UHGV virus genome: UHGV-0342645
Reading direction: 5' to 3' (one strand)
From: a virus
DNA: 59,919 bases
The notes under the pieces were generated by a model. That model was not told the DNA's origin. It saw nothing but the letters and a program-made list of their open reading frames with translations, and made no database searches. The translations under genes and the position numbers were made by a program. Positions 1 to 8,964 of the stretch are shown piece after piece; position 1 is the first letter of the stretch, and every line of letters begins with the position of its first letter.

Positions 1-124
1 ACACTAATAGCTACAGAACTCTTTTTCATTTCTTATCTCCGTTGTCACCCGTGTGACGTTTTTGGGGCTGAGCCGTCCCAGCCCCGTGTTCGTTAATATA
101 AACCAATCAATTTGGAAGTTGCAA

Positions 125-1621
125 CTATTCTTTATCGGAAGCGTCGTCTTCCTTAGGATCTTTGTTTACTTGCTGCTCTGCGTTTAAATCAGCTTTAGCA
201 TCATCGGGCAGAGGCCACTTCTTAAGCTCTTCTTCAAGAATTGCCATTTCTTCTTCAAAGCTTAGTGTGGTCAAGCCCTGATCAACAAGCCAGCCATGAA
301 TAGACTGCAAGCTGATCGGAGCCTTAAGGTTGCGTGCAGTAATAATTTGAACAAAGTCCTGACCGTTAAACATGCTCTTGGTAAATTCAAGATTAGGCTT
401 AACCACAACCTTCTCTGGATCAGCACCCATCCATTTAGCACAAACCTTCAGCAAGTTTTCCAAACCTGCCGCACCAGTATACGCAATTCGAATCAGGCTA
501 GCGGTACGCGCAGCAATACGCGTTTTCATAGCTTCGCCCGATTCCTGCGTGCTCTTGGTGTTGTTTACCATCTGCCCGGCTTTAATCTGAGCTTCTTGCT
601 TATCCGCTGCTAATGCGAGGCGTTGCTCGGACAAACCGTCACCGCTAACGCCTACATATTTAGCGTCACCACCAATAGCAACGTTAATGACCGCTCCAGG
701 ACCGATGCGCTGAGGGGCTTTATCTCCATTCTCCCCAGTACCGCCAACAACAACTAATGTGTCCTGCCCCTGCATATGCAGACTCTGACGGTAATCAGCA
801 TCACTTCGGTACATGCTTAGGCAGATGTTAGCTAGCCCCAATAATGGTGGCGCTTCCGGTGCTGGGGTAATATCTGTCGTATTAACAAACTGGAAAGGTA
901 TTTCGTCCAGCGTGTTACCTTTATAATAAGGAGCAATCATTTGCCCTTCATCATAATTGGTATTGTTGATAAACAAATGCTGGGAGTAGACCGCCCCACC
1001 TGCAACTTCATCTGTGTCCATCGGGCCTAATTGCAGGACGCGATAACGCTTCTCTTCTTTCCAGTCAAACTGATTGACACGTACAGGACCGCTTTCATCC
1101 AGAACAACCATGTTCAAGTTGATATTGCCTAATTCATCTTTACCATCATCCCAGTTGATAATGGATAAAGCATCATAAACGCTAATATAAGGTCTGTTAT
1201 TTACATCCTCACCTTTCGGCAAGTCCAGCAGCAGGCCCAAACGTCCATTTTTTAACTGCATTTCGTTGATGCGACGTAGCAGAGCAATAATGTCTTCACC
1301 GTCCGCAGTACACAGCTCCCGCATGTACTCCATTTCAGGAGGAAGCTGGATTGTAGGAGGCTTCTGGTGCAACAGACCTAAATTGTTTGTGACCGCACTT
1401 GAATAATCGTCAGGGAAGTTAGCACGCAGACGATAAGCAAGCCAACGTTGAAAGCCCAAATCATTAGGATTATTCATCCCATCAATAATCATGGAAGCTA
1501 AAGGTGGTAGATATTTAACACCTTCTTCCTTAATTTTATCTTCACCCTCATAGCAGTCGTTGCACTTAACCCATGCATCCTTCCACTTGTCATATAGCGG
1601 GTGAGTTGCATCAATACCCAT
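125..1621 (-). CDS. portal protein
   Basis: 498 aa ORF immediately downstream of the large terminase on the same strand; size and synteny are typical of siphophage portals. Confidence 0.75.
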   Translation of the reverse strand: MGIDATHPLYDKWKDAWVKCNDCYEGEDKIKEEGVKYLPPLASMIIDGMNNPNDLGFQRWLAYRLRANFPDDYSSAVTNNLGLLHQKPPTIQLPPEMEYMRELCTADGEDIIALLRRINEMQLKNGRLGLLLDLPKGEDVNNRPYISVYDALSIINWDDGKDELGNINLNMVVLDESGPVRVNQFDWKEEKRYRVLQLGPMDTDEVAGGAVYSQHLFINNTNYDEGQMIAPYYKGNTLDEIPFQFVNTTDITPAPEAPPLLGLANICLSMYRSDADYRQSLHMQGQDTLVVVGGTGENGDKAPQRIGPGAVINVAIGGDAKYVGVSGDGLSEQRLALAADKQEAQIKAGQMVNNTKSTQESGEAMKTRIAARTASLIRIAYTGAAGLENLLKVCAKWMGADPEKVVVKPNLEFTKSMFNGQDFVQIITARNLKAPISLQSIHGWLVDQGLTTLSFEEEMAILEEELKKWPLPDDAKADLNAEQQVNKDPKEDDASDKE

Positions 1622-1632
1622 ATACCCTCCAG

Positions 1633-3192
1633 TTAAATACCGATAGTTTTACCAACACCTGTATAAACAGCTTGATCCAGAACCATATAACGTACTTCAT
1701 CCCCCATATGGTCTTCGCATTCCGTATCAACGTCGTCCTGATCTACTTCATCGCGCGGAAGACTTGGAACCAGCTCAAAGAAATAATTGCAATTATCGAA
1801 AACATACATTGCTGGATTTTCACGTGGTCCCGGCAAAGGTTTACCGTTTGCATCTTCCCGCAACGCGGCTTTAAGAAACTCACGCATTTTCTGCCATCCG
1901 CGTTTACGCGACCCAGCAGATTTATCACTTCTCTTCCAATGGATGCCGTTATACAGCTTGCCGTTGAGACGGATTTTCTTCGCCATTGTTGCAGCGGTGG
2001 AGTTATTGTTCTCCAGATCCCAAATAGAATTATCCGCAGGTCCAGGAACTACACGGTCGTGTATGCCCCAGGCCAATTCCCGCTCCAGTATACCGCTTGC
2101 AATCTCTGAGTCCAGCAAATGTAGACCTTCGTTTGTTTTACCGTTAGTGCCGTACCATTCGTTAATACGGAACAAGTCACCGCGTACAGTAGAGAATGTA
2201 GTACCGTCCTCACGTACAACATCCGAACCGTCACTAATAGCCCACCAGCCAACGGAGAATGGTTTTGAAGAACCCCAGTCGAAAGAACGTGTAATCTTCC
2301 AGCTTGATGGGATTGGGAATGGGCGTATTTTATGAACAGTGCTACGCCACAGATCATCGAACATACCGCCGGAGGTGATATCCCAGCTACCGCCTAACCA
2401 TGCAGCTCGTTTGTTCGGATCTGTGATGGACATAAGCTCTGCAATATATTTCGGGCTCAGGTTTTTGTTCTCGCGGTAAGATCCGAAGATATGGCATTGC
2501 GTCGTAACCACATCTTCCTCTTTCTGCGTCCGCGGGTTAAACACTCGCGTAGTTTTCCTGAGTATCTTACCCATCGGTGCAGCATCAATGAAGCGTTTCT
2601 TAACCCAGTTATGCCCCGCACCAAACGGGTTACTGGTAGCAAATACTTCCAGAGGAATGTCTGGTAAATATGTGACAGTACCGTCCGGATCGATAATTGG
2701 ATTATCTTCGGGTAGGAAGGATGAACGGTTACAGGACATCATTGCTTCAAACAAACGCCCGTCCGGATACTTTGTTAATTCGTTCCATCCGATAAACGGG
2801 TATTCGTGACCATGATAAGACCAATAATCCTTTTCTTTGCAAGCAACACGGAACAGCAATTCTTCCCCAGTGGGCCAAACCCATTTATAATCAGACTTCG
2901 AGCTAAGGAATTTAGCACCATCTTTAAATTCAGGGAACCAACGCTGTGATTTGGTTACAAGGTCATCAAGGTTTTTATATTCACGATCGAATATAATACC
3001 CTTCCAGAATTTACCGTACCCTACGCCAACATTCTTACGGAAACGCATAAGCTGGCAGTCCGTCTTTCCAGGACCGCGAGTACCGTGGTATAAAATGATA
3101 TCAGCAGGACAGGATAGAGCGAGTGTCTGTGAACCTGGATGTGGCTTCCAGACTACTCGCGGCATGTTATCAGGTTGTCGGTTTAGCTCCAT
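1633..3192 (-). CDS. terL: terminase large subunit (ATPase + nuclease)
   Basis: 519 aa; Walker A-like 'HGTRGPGKT' near the N-terminus; sits between a small upstream ORF and the portal. Confidence 0.85.
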   Translation of the reverse strand: MELNRQPDNMPRVVWKPHPGSQTLALSCPADIILYHGTRGPGKTDCQLMRFRKNVGVGYGKFWKGIIFDREYKNLDDLVTKSQRWFPEFKDGAKFLSSKSDYKWVWPTGEELLFRVACKEKDYWSYHGHEYPFIGWNELTKYPDGRLFEAMMSCNRSSFLPEDNPIIDPDGTVTYLPDIPLEVFATSNPFGAGHNWVKKRFIDAAPMGKILRKTTRVFNPRTQKEEDVVTTQCHIFGSYRENKNLSPKYIAELMSITDPNKRAAWLGGSWDITSGGMFDDLWRSTVHKIRPFPIPSSWKITRSFDWGSSKPFSVGWWAISDGSDVVREDGTTFSTVRGDLFRINEWYGTNGKTNEGLHLLDSEIASGILERELAWGIHDRVVPGPADNSIWDLENNNSTAATMAKKIRLNGKLYNGIHWKRSDKSAGSRKRGWQKMREFLKAALREDANGKPLPGPRENPAMYVFDNCNYFFELVPSLPRDEVDQDDVDTECEDHMGDEVRYMVLDQAVYTGVGKTIGI

Positions 3193-3727
3193 CTTCAGTC
3201 TCTTTAACTAGTCGTTGTTGAGACTCGGATGCAGTTTTTTCCCATTCGTCAATATTTGCTACAGCAGGGACTATCATTACGCCGCCTCTGTTAGTAACAT
3301 CAATTTTAGCCTTCTTGGGAGCATCCAAATCATAAATTTGTGCAAGCTTGCCCAATGCGGCTACTCTAGCAGCTTGAGAAGATCCCGGTCCTGTATAATG
3401 AGCTTCACGTTTTAATGCTTCAATGATATGCTGACGCTCTAGGTCTGCTTCAATGTTAGCTTGCTCAGAAGTACGTTGAACACGGGATCTTTCAATCTCC
3501 TTGAGCTTCCATCGAACGTAACAGTCCGTGGCAAAGCGTTGGCCAAGCTCCTGTGCAAACATAGCATTGAACCCGCATCTCATGCAAGCGTTAGTCCAAT
3601 TGTAGTCGAACATATACTCAGCAACAACTTTGTCACGTATTGCCATCTCGTCAGCGGACAAGCTATTTGCATACTGGATATAGTTCGTCCAGTCACGATC
3701 ATATTGCTCTTGACTTGCCCCGTTCAT
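3170..3727 (-). CDS. putative terminase small subunit
   Basis: 185 aa ORF directly upstream of and overlapping terL start by 23 nt; assigned by position only. Confidence 0.45.
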   Translation of the reverse strand: MNGASQEQYDRDWTNYIQYANSLSADEMAIRDKVVAEYMFDYNWTNACMRCGFNAMFAQELGQRFATDCYVRWKLKEIERSRVQRTSEQANIEADLERQHIIEALKREAHYTGPGSSQAARVAALGKLAQIYDLDAPKKAKIDVTNRGGVMIVPAVANIDEWEKTASESQQRLVKETEDGAKPTT

Positions 3728-3747
3728 GGAAGCTCCCCTTCTTATTG

Positions 3748-4053
3748 CTATTTAGGCTGAATATAATTGCTTGATCCTACAAAATCAAGCGAAACATTTT
3801 CAGCTTCATAGCGTATGATTTCCTTAACCCTTAGCTTACATTCGGTCAGAGCAGTTTCTGTATCCTGTAAACGTCGGATAATATCTCTTGTGTAAACCAA
3901 AGGAATTTTCTCAACTTCCCGACATTCCACCAGTAGATGCGCGGGTAGTCTTACCTTCACTATCTGTGGAGCTGGGGGAGGTTGAGTCTGCGTCGAGCAA
4001 CCTGCGCAAATCATCAGGAATACGCTCGTTAAGATAAGCTTTGACGTCAGCAT
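3748..4053 (-). CDS. o-spanin (Rz1-like outer-membrane lipoprotein), embedded in a different frame within the i-spanin gene
   Basis: Internal start MLTSKLILTSVFLMICAGC gives a signal peptide plus lipobox (ICAG|C); Pro-rich after the Cys; nested in the Rz-like ORF as in lambda Rz/Rz1. Confidence 0.5.
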   Translation of the reverse strand: MLTSKLILTSVFLMICAGCSTQTQPPPAPQIVKVRLPAHLLVECREVEKIPLVYTRDIIRRLQDTETALTECKLRVKEIIRYEAENVSLDFVGSSNYIQPK

Positions 4054-4387
4054 TGCTTTTCTCCAGTGTCTGCAACTTGTCCTGAAGCAACTTGTGGTTA
4101 TGTTGTTCATCTTGAATTGCAGAAGTTAGTTTCTTGAAAGAGTCCGTGTCCTTCTCCCTTTGTGCAGCAAGAAATACAACAGCCTCGCCCAGCTTTGCAT
4201 TGTCTTTCTCCACAACGGTTAAACGTTCTTCAGCCAAACTTAAATTTGATTTGTTAAGCTCGTTCTGTGACCACAGGTAGGCAGCCACCCCGCATAAAAA
4301 CACCACCGCGCCAATCATCAGGTACTCGATAAATAGACGCGGTTTAGCTTTTATAAAACTGAAGAAGTTATTTAGAATCATTTTCAT
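3911..4387 (-). CDS. i-spanin (Rz-like): N-terminal TM plus coiled-coil
   Basis: 158 aa; N-terminal hydrophobic segment (LMIGAVVFLCGVAAYLW) then charged coiled-coil-like sequence; follows the holin. Confidence 0.5.
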   Translation of the reverse strand: MKMILNNFFSFIKAKPRLFIEYLMIGAVVFLCGVAAYLWSQNELNKSNLSLAEERLTVVEKDNAKLGEAVVFLAAQREKDTDSFKKLTSAIQDEQHNHKLLQDKLQTLEKSNADVKAYLNERIPDDLRRLLDADSTSPSSTDSEGKTTRASTGGMSGS

Positions 4388-4712
4388 GTTTGCAGTCCTC
4401 TGAGTCGAGTTTGATCCCTGTCCGCGATGCTAGAAGCGACTTTAGAGCTTTTAGCGTAGCACGTGAACCCGCCCAAGCGAATAGGCCAGCAAGGCCAAAA
4501 GCGAACCAAAGGCTGATATTAAACTCCCTGTAGATCGCGTACATTATAACGCCGAAGAACGCGGCGGATAAGCCTTCAAGACATGCAATGCTTAACCGTA
4601 CTTTCTTACCAGCGTCAATTGTGCGCATGACGTAACCGAGAGCTCCCCCAATGAGGGAAATCAGAGCAAACCCCGCTAGAACTGCCCAATGTTCGTTTGA
4701 TGAGTTGAACAT
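4368..4712 (-). CDS. putative holin (3 predicted TM segments)
   Basis: Internal start MFNSSNEHWAVLAGFALISLIGG; about 114 aa with three hydrophobic stretches and a charged C-terminus; lies between the endolysin candidate and the spanins. Confidence 0.5.
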   Translation of the reverse strand: MFNSSNEHWAVLAGFALISLIGGALGYVMRTIDAGKKVRLSIACLEGLSAAFFGVIMYAIYREFNISLWFAFGLAGLFAWAGSRATLKALKSLLASRTGIKLDSEDCKHENDSK

Positions 4713-4748
4713 GTTCCCTCCAATAAAAAGGGGCTGACGCCCCATCAG

Positions 4749-5186
4749 TTAAATTACCATTGCAATAGCGCGGTCGATCACGTCATCAGTATAAGGCATC
4801 ATGCCATTTTCATGACGAATGATTGCTTTCACCAAACCTGACATTATCGTCTTGTCGAAGACATTAATTGGATCGTTGGGTTGAACACCAATTGCTTTGG
4901 CAACAGAACGAATATACGCTTCCGTATCGTTTTCATTAGGCGGAGCCCAGCGAGCGATAATTTCACGTACAGTGTCGATGTTTCTCTTACCCACATTGGG
5001 CAAGCCTTCACGTTTGGTGTAGTTTGTCAGGACTTTCGCCAGAGCGCGGATGCCGTAGATCGGTTGCGTAAATTGCGCAAAAGATTTGTCGGTCCGCTTA
5101 TCAACAGGGACCAATCCCTGCCAATTATCACCCCAGCGAATATTACCTGGATTGTTATTACGAATACCACGAGGTTGAAGCGCCAT
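4749..5186 (-). CDS. putative endolysin / peptidoglycan hydrolase (by position; fold not recognised)
   Basis: Start refined to MALQPRGIRNNNPGNIRW, with GGAGGA RBS 7 nt upstream; the upstream part of the six-frame ORF lacks an RBS. Sits at the head of the holin-spanin cassette. Confidence 0.4.
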   Translation of the reverse strand: MALQPRGIRNNNPGNIRWGDNWQGLVPVDKRTDKSFAQFTQPIYGIRALAKVLTNYTKREGLPNVGKRNIDTVREIIARWAPPNENDTEAYIRSVAKAIGVQPNDPINVFDKTIMSGLVKAIIRHENGMMPYTDDVIDRAIAMVI

Positions 5187-5268
5187 ATCGAGTTCCTCCG
5201 CTTGACATGAACCACTCAAGGGTAACAGAGAAACTTGATACGGCGCAAGGAGAATTGATCTAAGAAGA

Positions 5269-5529
5269 TTACCCGTCAAACCACTCGCCAATGTACCAGC
5301 TAACAAGACCTTTTCCACCTTTATCGACCCCGTAGCTGGAGTAAAAAGTGAAGTTATCGGGTTCGTGTTGCAGGATAACCATAAAGTCATGCTGAGTGTT
5401 GTCAATAATTGCAATAGCGATTTCCTCGTTATCTGTGATAAAGATTTCGCCACCAATTACAACATGCGTCCCGTGGTCAACTACCTTACTATGATAAGCA
5501 GGTGGGATCAGGTGACTGAATGTAGTCAT
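5269..5529 (-). CDS. hypothetical protein
   Basis: 86 aa ORF in the minus-strand operon, tightly packed with neighbours. Confidence 0.4.
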   Translation of the reverse strand: MTTFSHLIPPAYHSKVVDHGTHVVIGGEIFITDNEEIAIAIIDNTQHDFMVILQHEPDNFTFYSSYGVDKGGKGLVSWYIGEWFDG

Positions 5530-5994
5530 TTAAAAACCCTCAAATGATATTGTATCAACTCCCAGGAATGCGCATGTGGTGTGTTTAATTGCTAACTCAA
5601 TAGCTTCGCTCGCACTTGCACCAGCAGCTAACGCGCCAGCAGCAAACACACAACCGCTACCCTCAGATCCCCATCCATCCAGCATGGGTTTGCTCAAAGT
5701 ACCATCATTATAAATAAAATGGCAAGTACCTTCCGGAGTAACCGCAAGACCGCAAGTTTGCCCGTAATCATCATCTTTGCTGTAAAGTTTAATATCAGGG
5801 AACTTAACAGGTTCCGCGCTATTAAAATAACGCAACACCTGATCGGTAAATGCTGTAAGGCCGCACAATCCCAGTAAAAACCGTCCACGATGTCCATTTA
5901 CGCTATGAACTTTCTTATAAGCAGTCACAGCTTCCCCGCGCATAACTCCACGGTCCGCAGCTAATACTTTTCCATCAAACGCAATTGTGGTCAT
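5530..5994 (-). CDS. HslV / proteasome-beta-like Ntn-hydrolase peptidase
   Basis: N-terminus MTTIAFDGKVLAADRG matches the Thr1 nucleophile motif of HslV and 20S beta subunits (TTI..DG.VL.AD.R); 154 aa. Confidence 0.55.
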   Translation of the reverse strand: MTTIAFDGKVLAADRGVMRGEAVTAYKKVHSVNGHRGRFLLGLCGLTAFTDQVLRYFNSAEPVKFPDIKLYSKDDDYGQTCGLAVTPEGTCHFIYNDGTLSKPMLDGWGSEGSGCVFAAGALAAGASASEAIELAIKHTTCAFLGVDTISFEGF

Positions 5995-6176
5995 TTAATT
6001 TTCCTTTGGTCTTGGATAATAACAATGCATAAAACAAATAGAATAAGACAGATACAAAGCCCTGTACTTGCAAAGATTCGGATAACCGTGGAAGGTTGTT
6101 CGACTACTGTATAGGTATAAAGCCCAGCGAACATTAACGTCGCAAATAAAAACAATCCGGCGTATAGTTTGGTCAT
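5991..6176 (-). CDS. small membrane protein
   Basis: 61 aa, two hydrophobic segments; start overlaps the upstream gene stop. Confidence 0.4.
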   Translation of the reverse strand: MTKLYAGLFLFATLMFAGLYTYTVVEQPSTVIRIFASTGLCICLILFVLCIVIIQDQRKIK

Positions 6177-6238
6177 TGTGTACCCCTCTTATTCGATGGG
6201 TACACAATACAATGAAGGGTTATGTGATAGCAAGGTTT

Positions 6239-6661
6239 TTAATTAAGCACAATCTCAACGTCTTTAACCCAAGTATGAATGATAAATGCTCCTGGCTGTT
6301 CAGGATCTTGATCCGGGCCAACGTAGAACTTTTTACCTTCCCAACCTTTAATTGGGTCATGTACAATAAACTTGTGATTAGTTGTATCGATCACAACCTG
6401 ATGCAGTGCTCCAGGAACATTGAGACTTGGGACAGTGCACAAAAACAAACCACCCATGTATATAGTCTCACGCCCACCGCCTACAGAACAGATGTGGTCA
6501 ACATTGTTTTGTACTAAATATTCGGAAATTGTTATTTCCCAGTTGTTGTAATATCGATCATGAAATTCCGCAATTACTTCTTCTACAGGTCTATTAAGGA
6601 TCATTGCTAGACACGCAGAAACGCATGTATTTAAAGAAGGTTGCTTGACGTGTTTAATCAT
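6239..6661 (-). CDS. C39-like (papain-fold) cysteine peptidase domain protein
   Basis: N-terminal QPSLNTCVSACLAMIL matches the Q-x4-C-x-x-AC-L-x-MI signature of peptidase C39 (bacteriocin-processing) domains; 140 aa stand-alone domain. Confidence 0.55.
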   Translation of the reverse strand: MIKHVKQPSLNTCVSACLAMILNRPVEEVIAEFHDRYYNNWEITISEYLVQNNVDHICSVGGGRETIYMGGLFLCTVPSLNVPGALHQVVIDTTNHKFIVHDPIKGWEGKKFYVGPDQDPEQPGAFIIHTWVKDVEIVLN

Positions 6662-6662
6662 T

Positions 6663-7133
6663 TTACGCCTCGTATATGACTTCTGGCTCGTTATTATAAG
6701 GACGCAGCAGCAAACGCGCTACCAGCGACGTACGCTTGCTCAACCCTTGCGGATGCACAAACCCAACAAACTGGTAGTGACAACCGCGCAGGTGGTGCAA
6801 ACTCTTAGCACAATGACACGCTTCCAAACGAAGTGTCTCGCCCGACTGCCATTTAACCACAATAGTAGAGCCCGCGATCATGTTAATTTCTACGTCACCA
6901 ATATCTATTTGAAGACGTAAAAGATCTTCTACAACATTACGGACATAGACAAGGATCTGTGATGTGGGCATAACAATAAGCCCGTTCCAGTCTTTCCCGC
7001 GCCCCAAGCCGCAACGACGTGCGAATCTTGATATTAACTGAGTCTCTGTAACCTGTTTTACTTCAAACGACTTCTTCAGTTGGCAGTCTTTGGATTCGTC
7101 CATTGCATCAACAATAGTTTTAACGTCAGCCAT
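6663..7133 (-). CDS. hypothetical protein
   Basis: 156 aa ORF between the C39-like and SLOG-like genes. Confidence 0.45.
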   Translation of the reverse strand: MADVKTIVDAMDESKDCQLKKSFEVKQVTETQLISRFARRCGLGRGKDWNGLIVMPTSQILVYVRNVVEDLLRLQIDIGDVEINMIAGSTIVVKWQSGETLRLEACHCAKSLHHLRGCHYQFVGFVHPQGLSKRTSLVARLLLRPYNNEPEVIYEA

Positions 7134-7136
7134 TAT

Positions 7137-7529
7137 TTACTCCGCTAATGTGTAAGGAATACCGGATGCTTTAATCTGTCTGTACATGTCCATAGTACCA
7201 GCTCCGCCCGGAAACACAATAGCGTGATCTGGTTTGGGATCAGTATCCAGCATTAATTGATTGCGGTAAGCGCCAGCTTGTGCATTATAAGCACCTCTGG
7301 CGTTATACCGTATCTTAGTATTCGGTAAGGAAAGATTGTCCCACGGCGCAGGAAACGCCTCCGTCTTAATACCGTTCCGCTCCGCCCAATGTGCGCAAAT
7401 GCGGTCAACACCGTCAGCGTCACCGTGGCGAAGTGTGGTTATCCTTCTTTGCATATGCAGCTTATCCAATTGAGCATAGATATACTCCACATTCTTAAAA
7501 TTACGACCTCCGGTAACAACTAATAGCAT
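7137..7529 (-). CDS. SLOG/DUF2493-like Rossmann-fold protein (YspA/DprA-like nucleotide-binding fold)
   Basis: MLLVVTGGR...HGDADGVD...FPGGAGT pattern typical of SLOG-superfamily proteins; 130 aa. Confidence 0.4.
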   Translation of the reverse strand: MLLVVTGGRNFKNVEYIYAQLDKLHMQRRITTLRHGDADGVDRICAHWAERNGIKTEAFPAPWDNLSLPNTKIRYNARGAYNAQAGAYRNQLMLDTDPKPDHAIVFPGGAGTMDMYRQIKASGIPYTLAE

Positions 7530-7592
7530 TATTTCTTCTCCAATGGTTTCAACATTTCGTCAATAAAACCTTTCCAATATTTGATATTTTCT

Positions 7593-8066
7593 TCAATCAA
7601 CAATAATCTCCTTAAAACGGTTATACAAATCACGATAGAACAAAGGACCATTAGCATTGCGACGCAGGAAGTCCTTTGCTACAGCTTCCAGAGCTTCGCA
7701 GCGATCACGCAACTCTTGAGCCTTCTTCTCGGTATGCGCCCACACCTCTTCGCTGGTCACACCCGGCGGATTCATTGCACCAACAATTTGACGCAAACGA
7801 ATATAAGAATCGGATAAAGCGTGTTCAGCAGCACGCATGTCGACAAGGTTAGTTTCAGCATTTTCGGCACGTTCTTCCTGAGCTCGCCATTCTGCTTCTA
7901 GCTGGTCAATGCGCATATCACGATAACCCAGTTCCGCAGCAATATCACCTTTGCTGTGCAAACCTTCGGATGTCATTGCCATAACATGACGGGAGTAATA
8001 ACCTCCAGCTTGATCCAGTTCCCAAGCGTCGCGTTCTAAATCATAGCATTTATTTTTCTGTGACAT
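7593..8066 (-). CDS. hypothetical protein (coiled-coil)
   Basis: 157 aa ORF; no recognisable motif. Confidence 0.45.
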   Translation of the reverse strand: MSQKNKCYDLERDAWELDQAGGYYSRHVMAMTSEGLHSKGDIAAELGYRDMRIDQLEAEWRAQEERAENAETNLVDMRAAEHALSDSYIRLRQIVGAMNPPGVTSEEVWAHTEKKAQELRDRCEALEAVAKDFLRRNANGPLFYRDLYNRFKEIIVD

Positions 8067-8352
8067 ATGTAGTAATCTCCTTCAGCGTATCGCGCCAGTC
8101 CGCACCTTCAAGGTCAACTTCACCGCAGTAGCGACACTTATCACCATCATACAGCCATTCTTTAAGTTGTTCATATGCTTTAGGCTTACTATTATAACAG
8201 TGGACAACACCGTTAGCATCCACTGCAATGTGAGTAGCCCAAGGTGCCACAGGGATTTCCTGACCAAAAAACAGGACTTTGATTGCAGTTTTAGAATCGA
8301 CCGCAGGGATATCCGGTTTTTCTCGATTTAAATCCATTCCTAAATAAAGCAT
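8050..8352 (-). CDS. hypothetical protein, member of a 3-copy small paralog family (shares the ..AVD.NG.V.CY...P... VDLEG.DW..TL.E pattern with 8683..8964 and 29405..29659)
   Basis: 100 aa; motifs HIAVDANGVVHCYNSKP and GEVDLEGADWRDTLKE recur in the other two ORFs. Confidence 0.5.
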   Translation of the reverse strand: MLYLGMDLNREKPDIPAVDSKTAIKVLFFGQEIPVAPWATHIAVDANGVVHCYNSKPKAYEQLKEWLYDGDKCRYCGEVDLEGADWRDTLKEITTYVTEK

Positions 8353-8403
8353 AACAACCTCCAGATAATTAAGGGCTCCGTAGAGCCCATTATAGATTGA
8401 TAA

Positions 8404-8682
8404 TTACACTTCCTCCAGGAAATTGGCGCCTACAAGACCAGTATAACTGATTTCGTAAGCATCCTCTTCTTCATCGTATTCATCGCTACCCTGGCTAACA
8501 ATTACAGTATGGTTCCACTGCCCGAAAAGGCTATGCAGATCAAACACCACCTTATTAACAGTAACAATAGAACCAGCTTTCAGTTCCCGGAACTCAACAC
8601 CATCGCCCGGAGCATACCCAACACCGCCAATATCAGTCAGTAAACGATACTCTTTACCTTCAACAATCTCTTCTACACGCAT
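8404..8682 (-). CDS. hypothetical protein
   Basis: 92 aa acidic ORF. Confidence 0.4.
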   Translation of the reverse strand: MRVEEIVEGKEYRLLTDIGGVGYAPGDGVEFRELKAGSIVTVNKVVFDLHSLFGQWNHTVIVSQGSDEYDEEEDAYEISYTGLVGANFLEEV

Positions 8683-8964
8683 TTAAGCCTCCGAACTAAC
8701 ATTAACTAAAGAATTTACCCAACGACCTTCTTCGAAAGGAAACTCGCCAATAAAGACGGATTTACCCGTATCCTCATACCATCTGTCGTAATCGTCGTAT
8801 CCGTCTATATAAGGCTCATTTTCATAAGCATAGAGCTCTTCACACTTATCAACCGCGAGCCAGTTAGCCCAGACAGGCACTACAACCCGAGTCCCGAAAT
8901 AGTTAACAACCTTTTCATCATATTCTACACGCATTCTTCTTTCCTCTATATATTTTTCTGCCAT
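8683..8964 (-). CDS. hypothetical protein, paralog family member (WLAVDKCEELYAYENEP)
   Basis: 93 aa; shares the LAVDK..E.YE.EP motif with 8050..8352 and 29405..29659. Confidence 0.45.
   Translation of the reverse strand: MAEKYIEERRMRVEYDEKVVNYFGTRVVVPVWANWLAVDKCEELYAYENEPYIDGYDDYDRWYEDTGKSVFIGEFPFEEGRWVNSLVNVSSEA

Noticed and set aside
60-90. Hairpin GGGGCTG-AGCCGTC-CAGCCCC downstream of the portal gene as a terminator
   Set aside because: On the minus (coding) strand the hairpin is followed by an A-run, not a U-run; the T-run precedes it on the plus strand. It is not a convincing intrinsic terminator for the portal transcript, which in any case continues into the head genes across the boundary.
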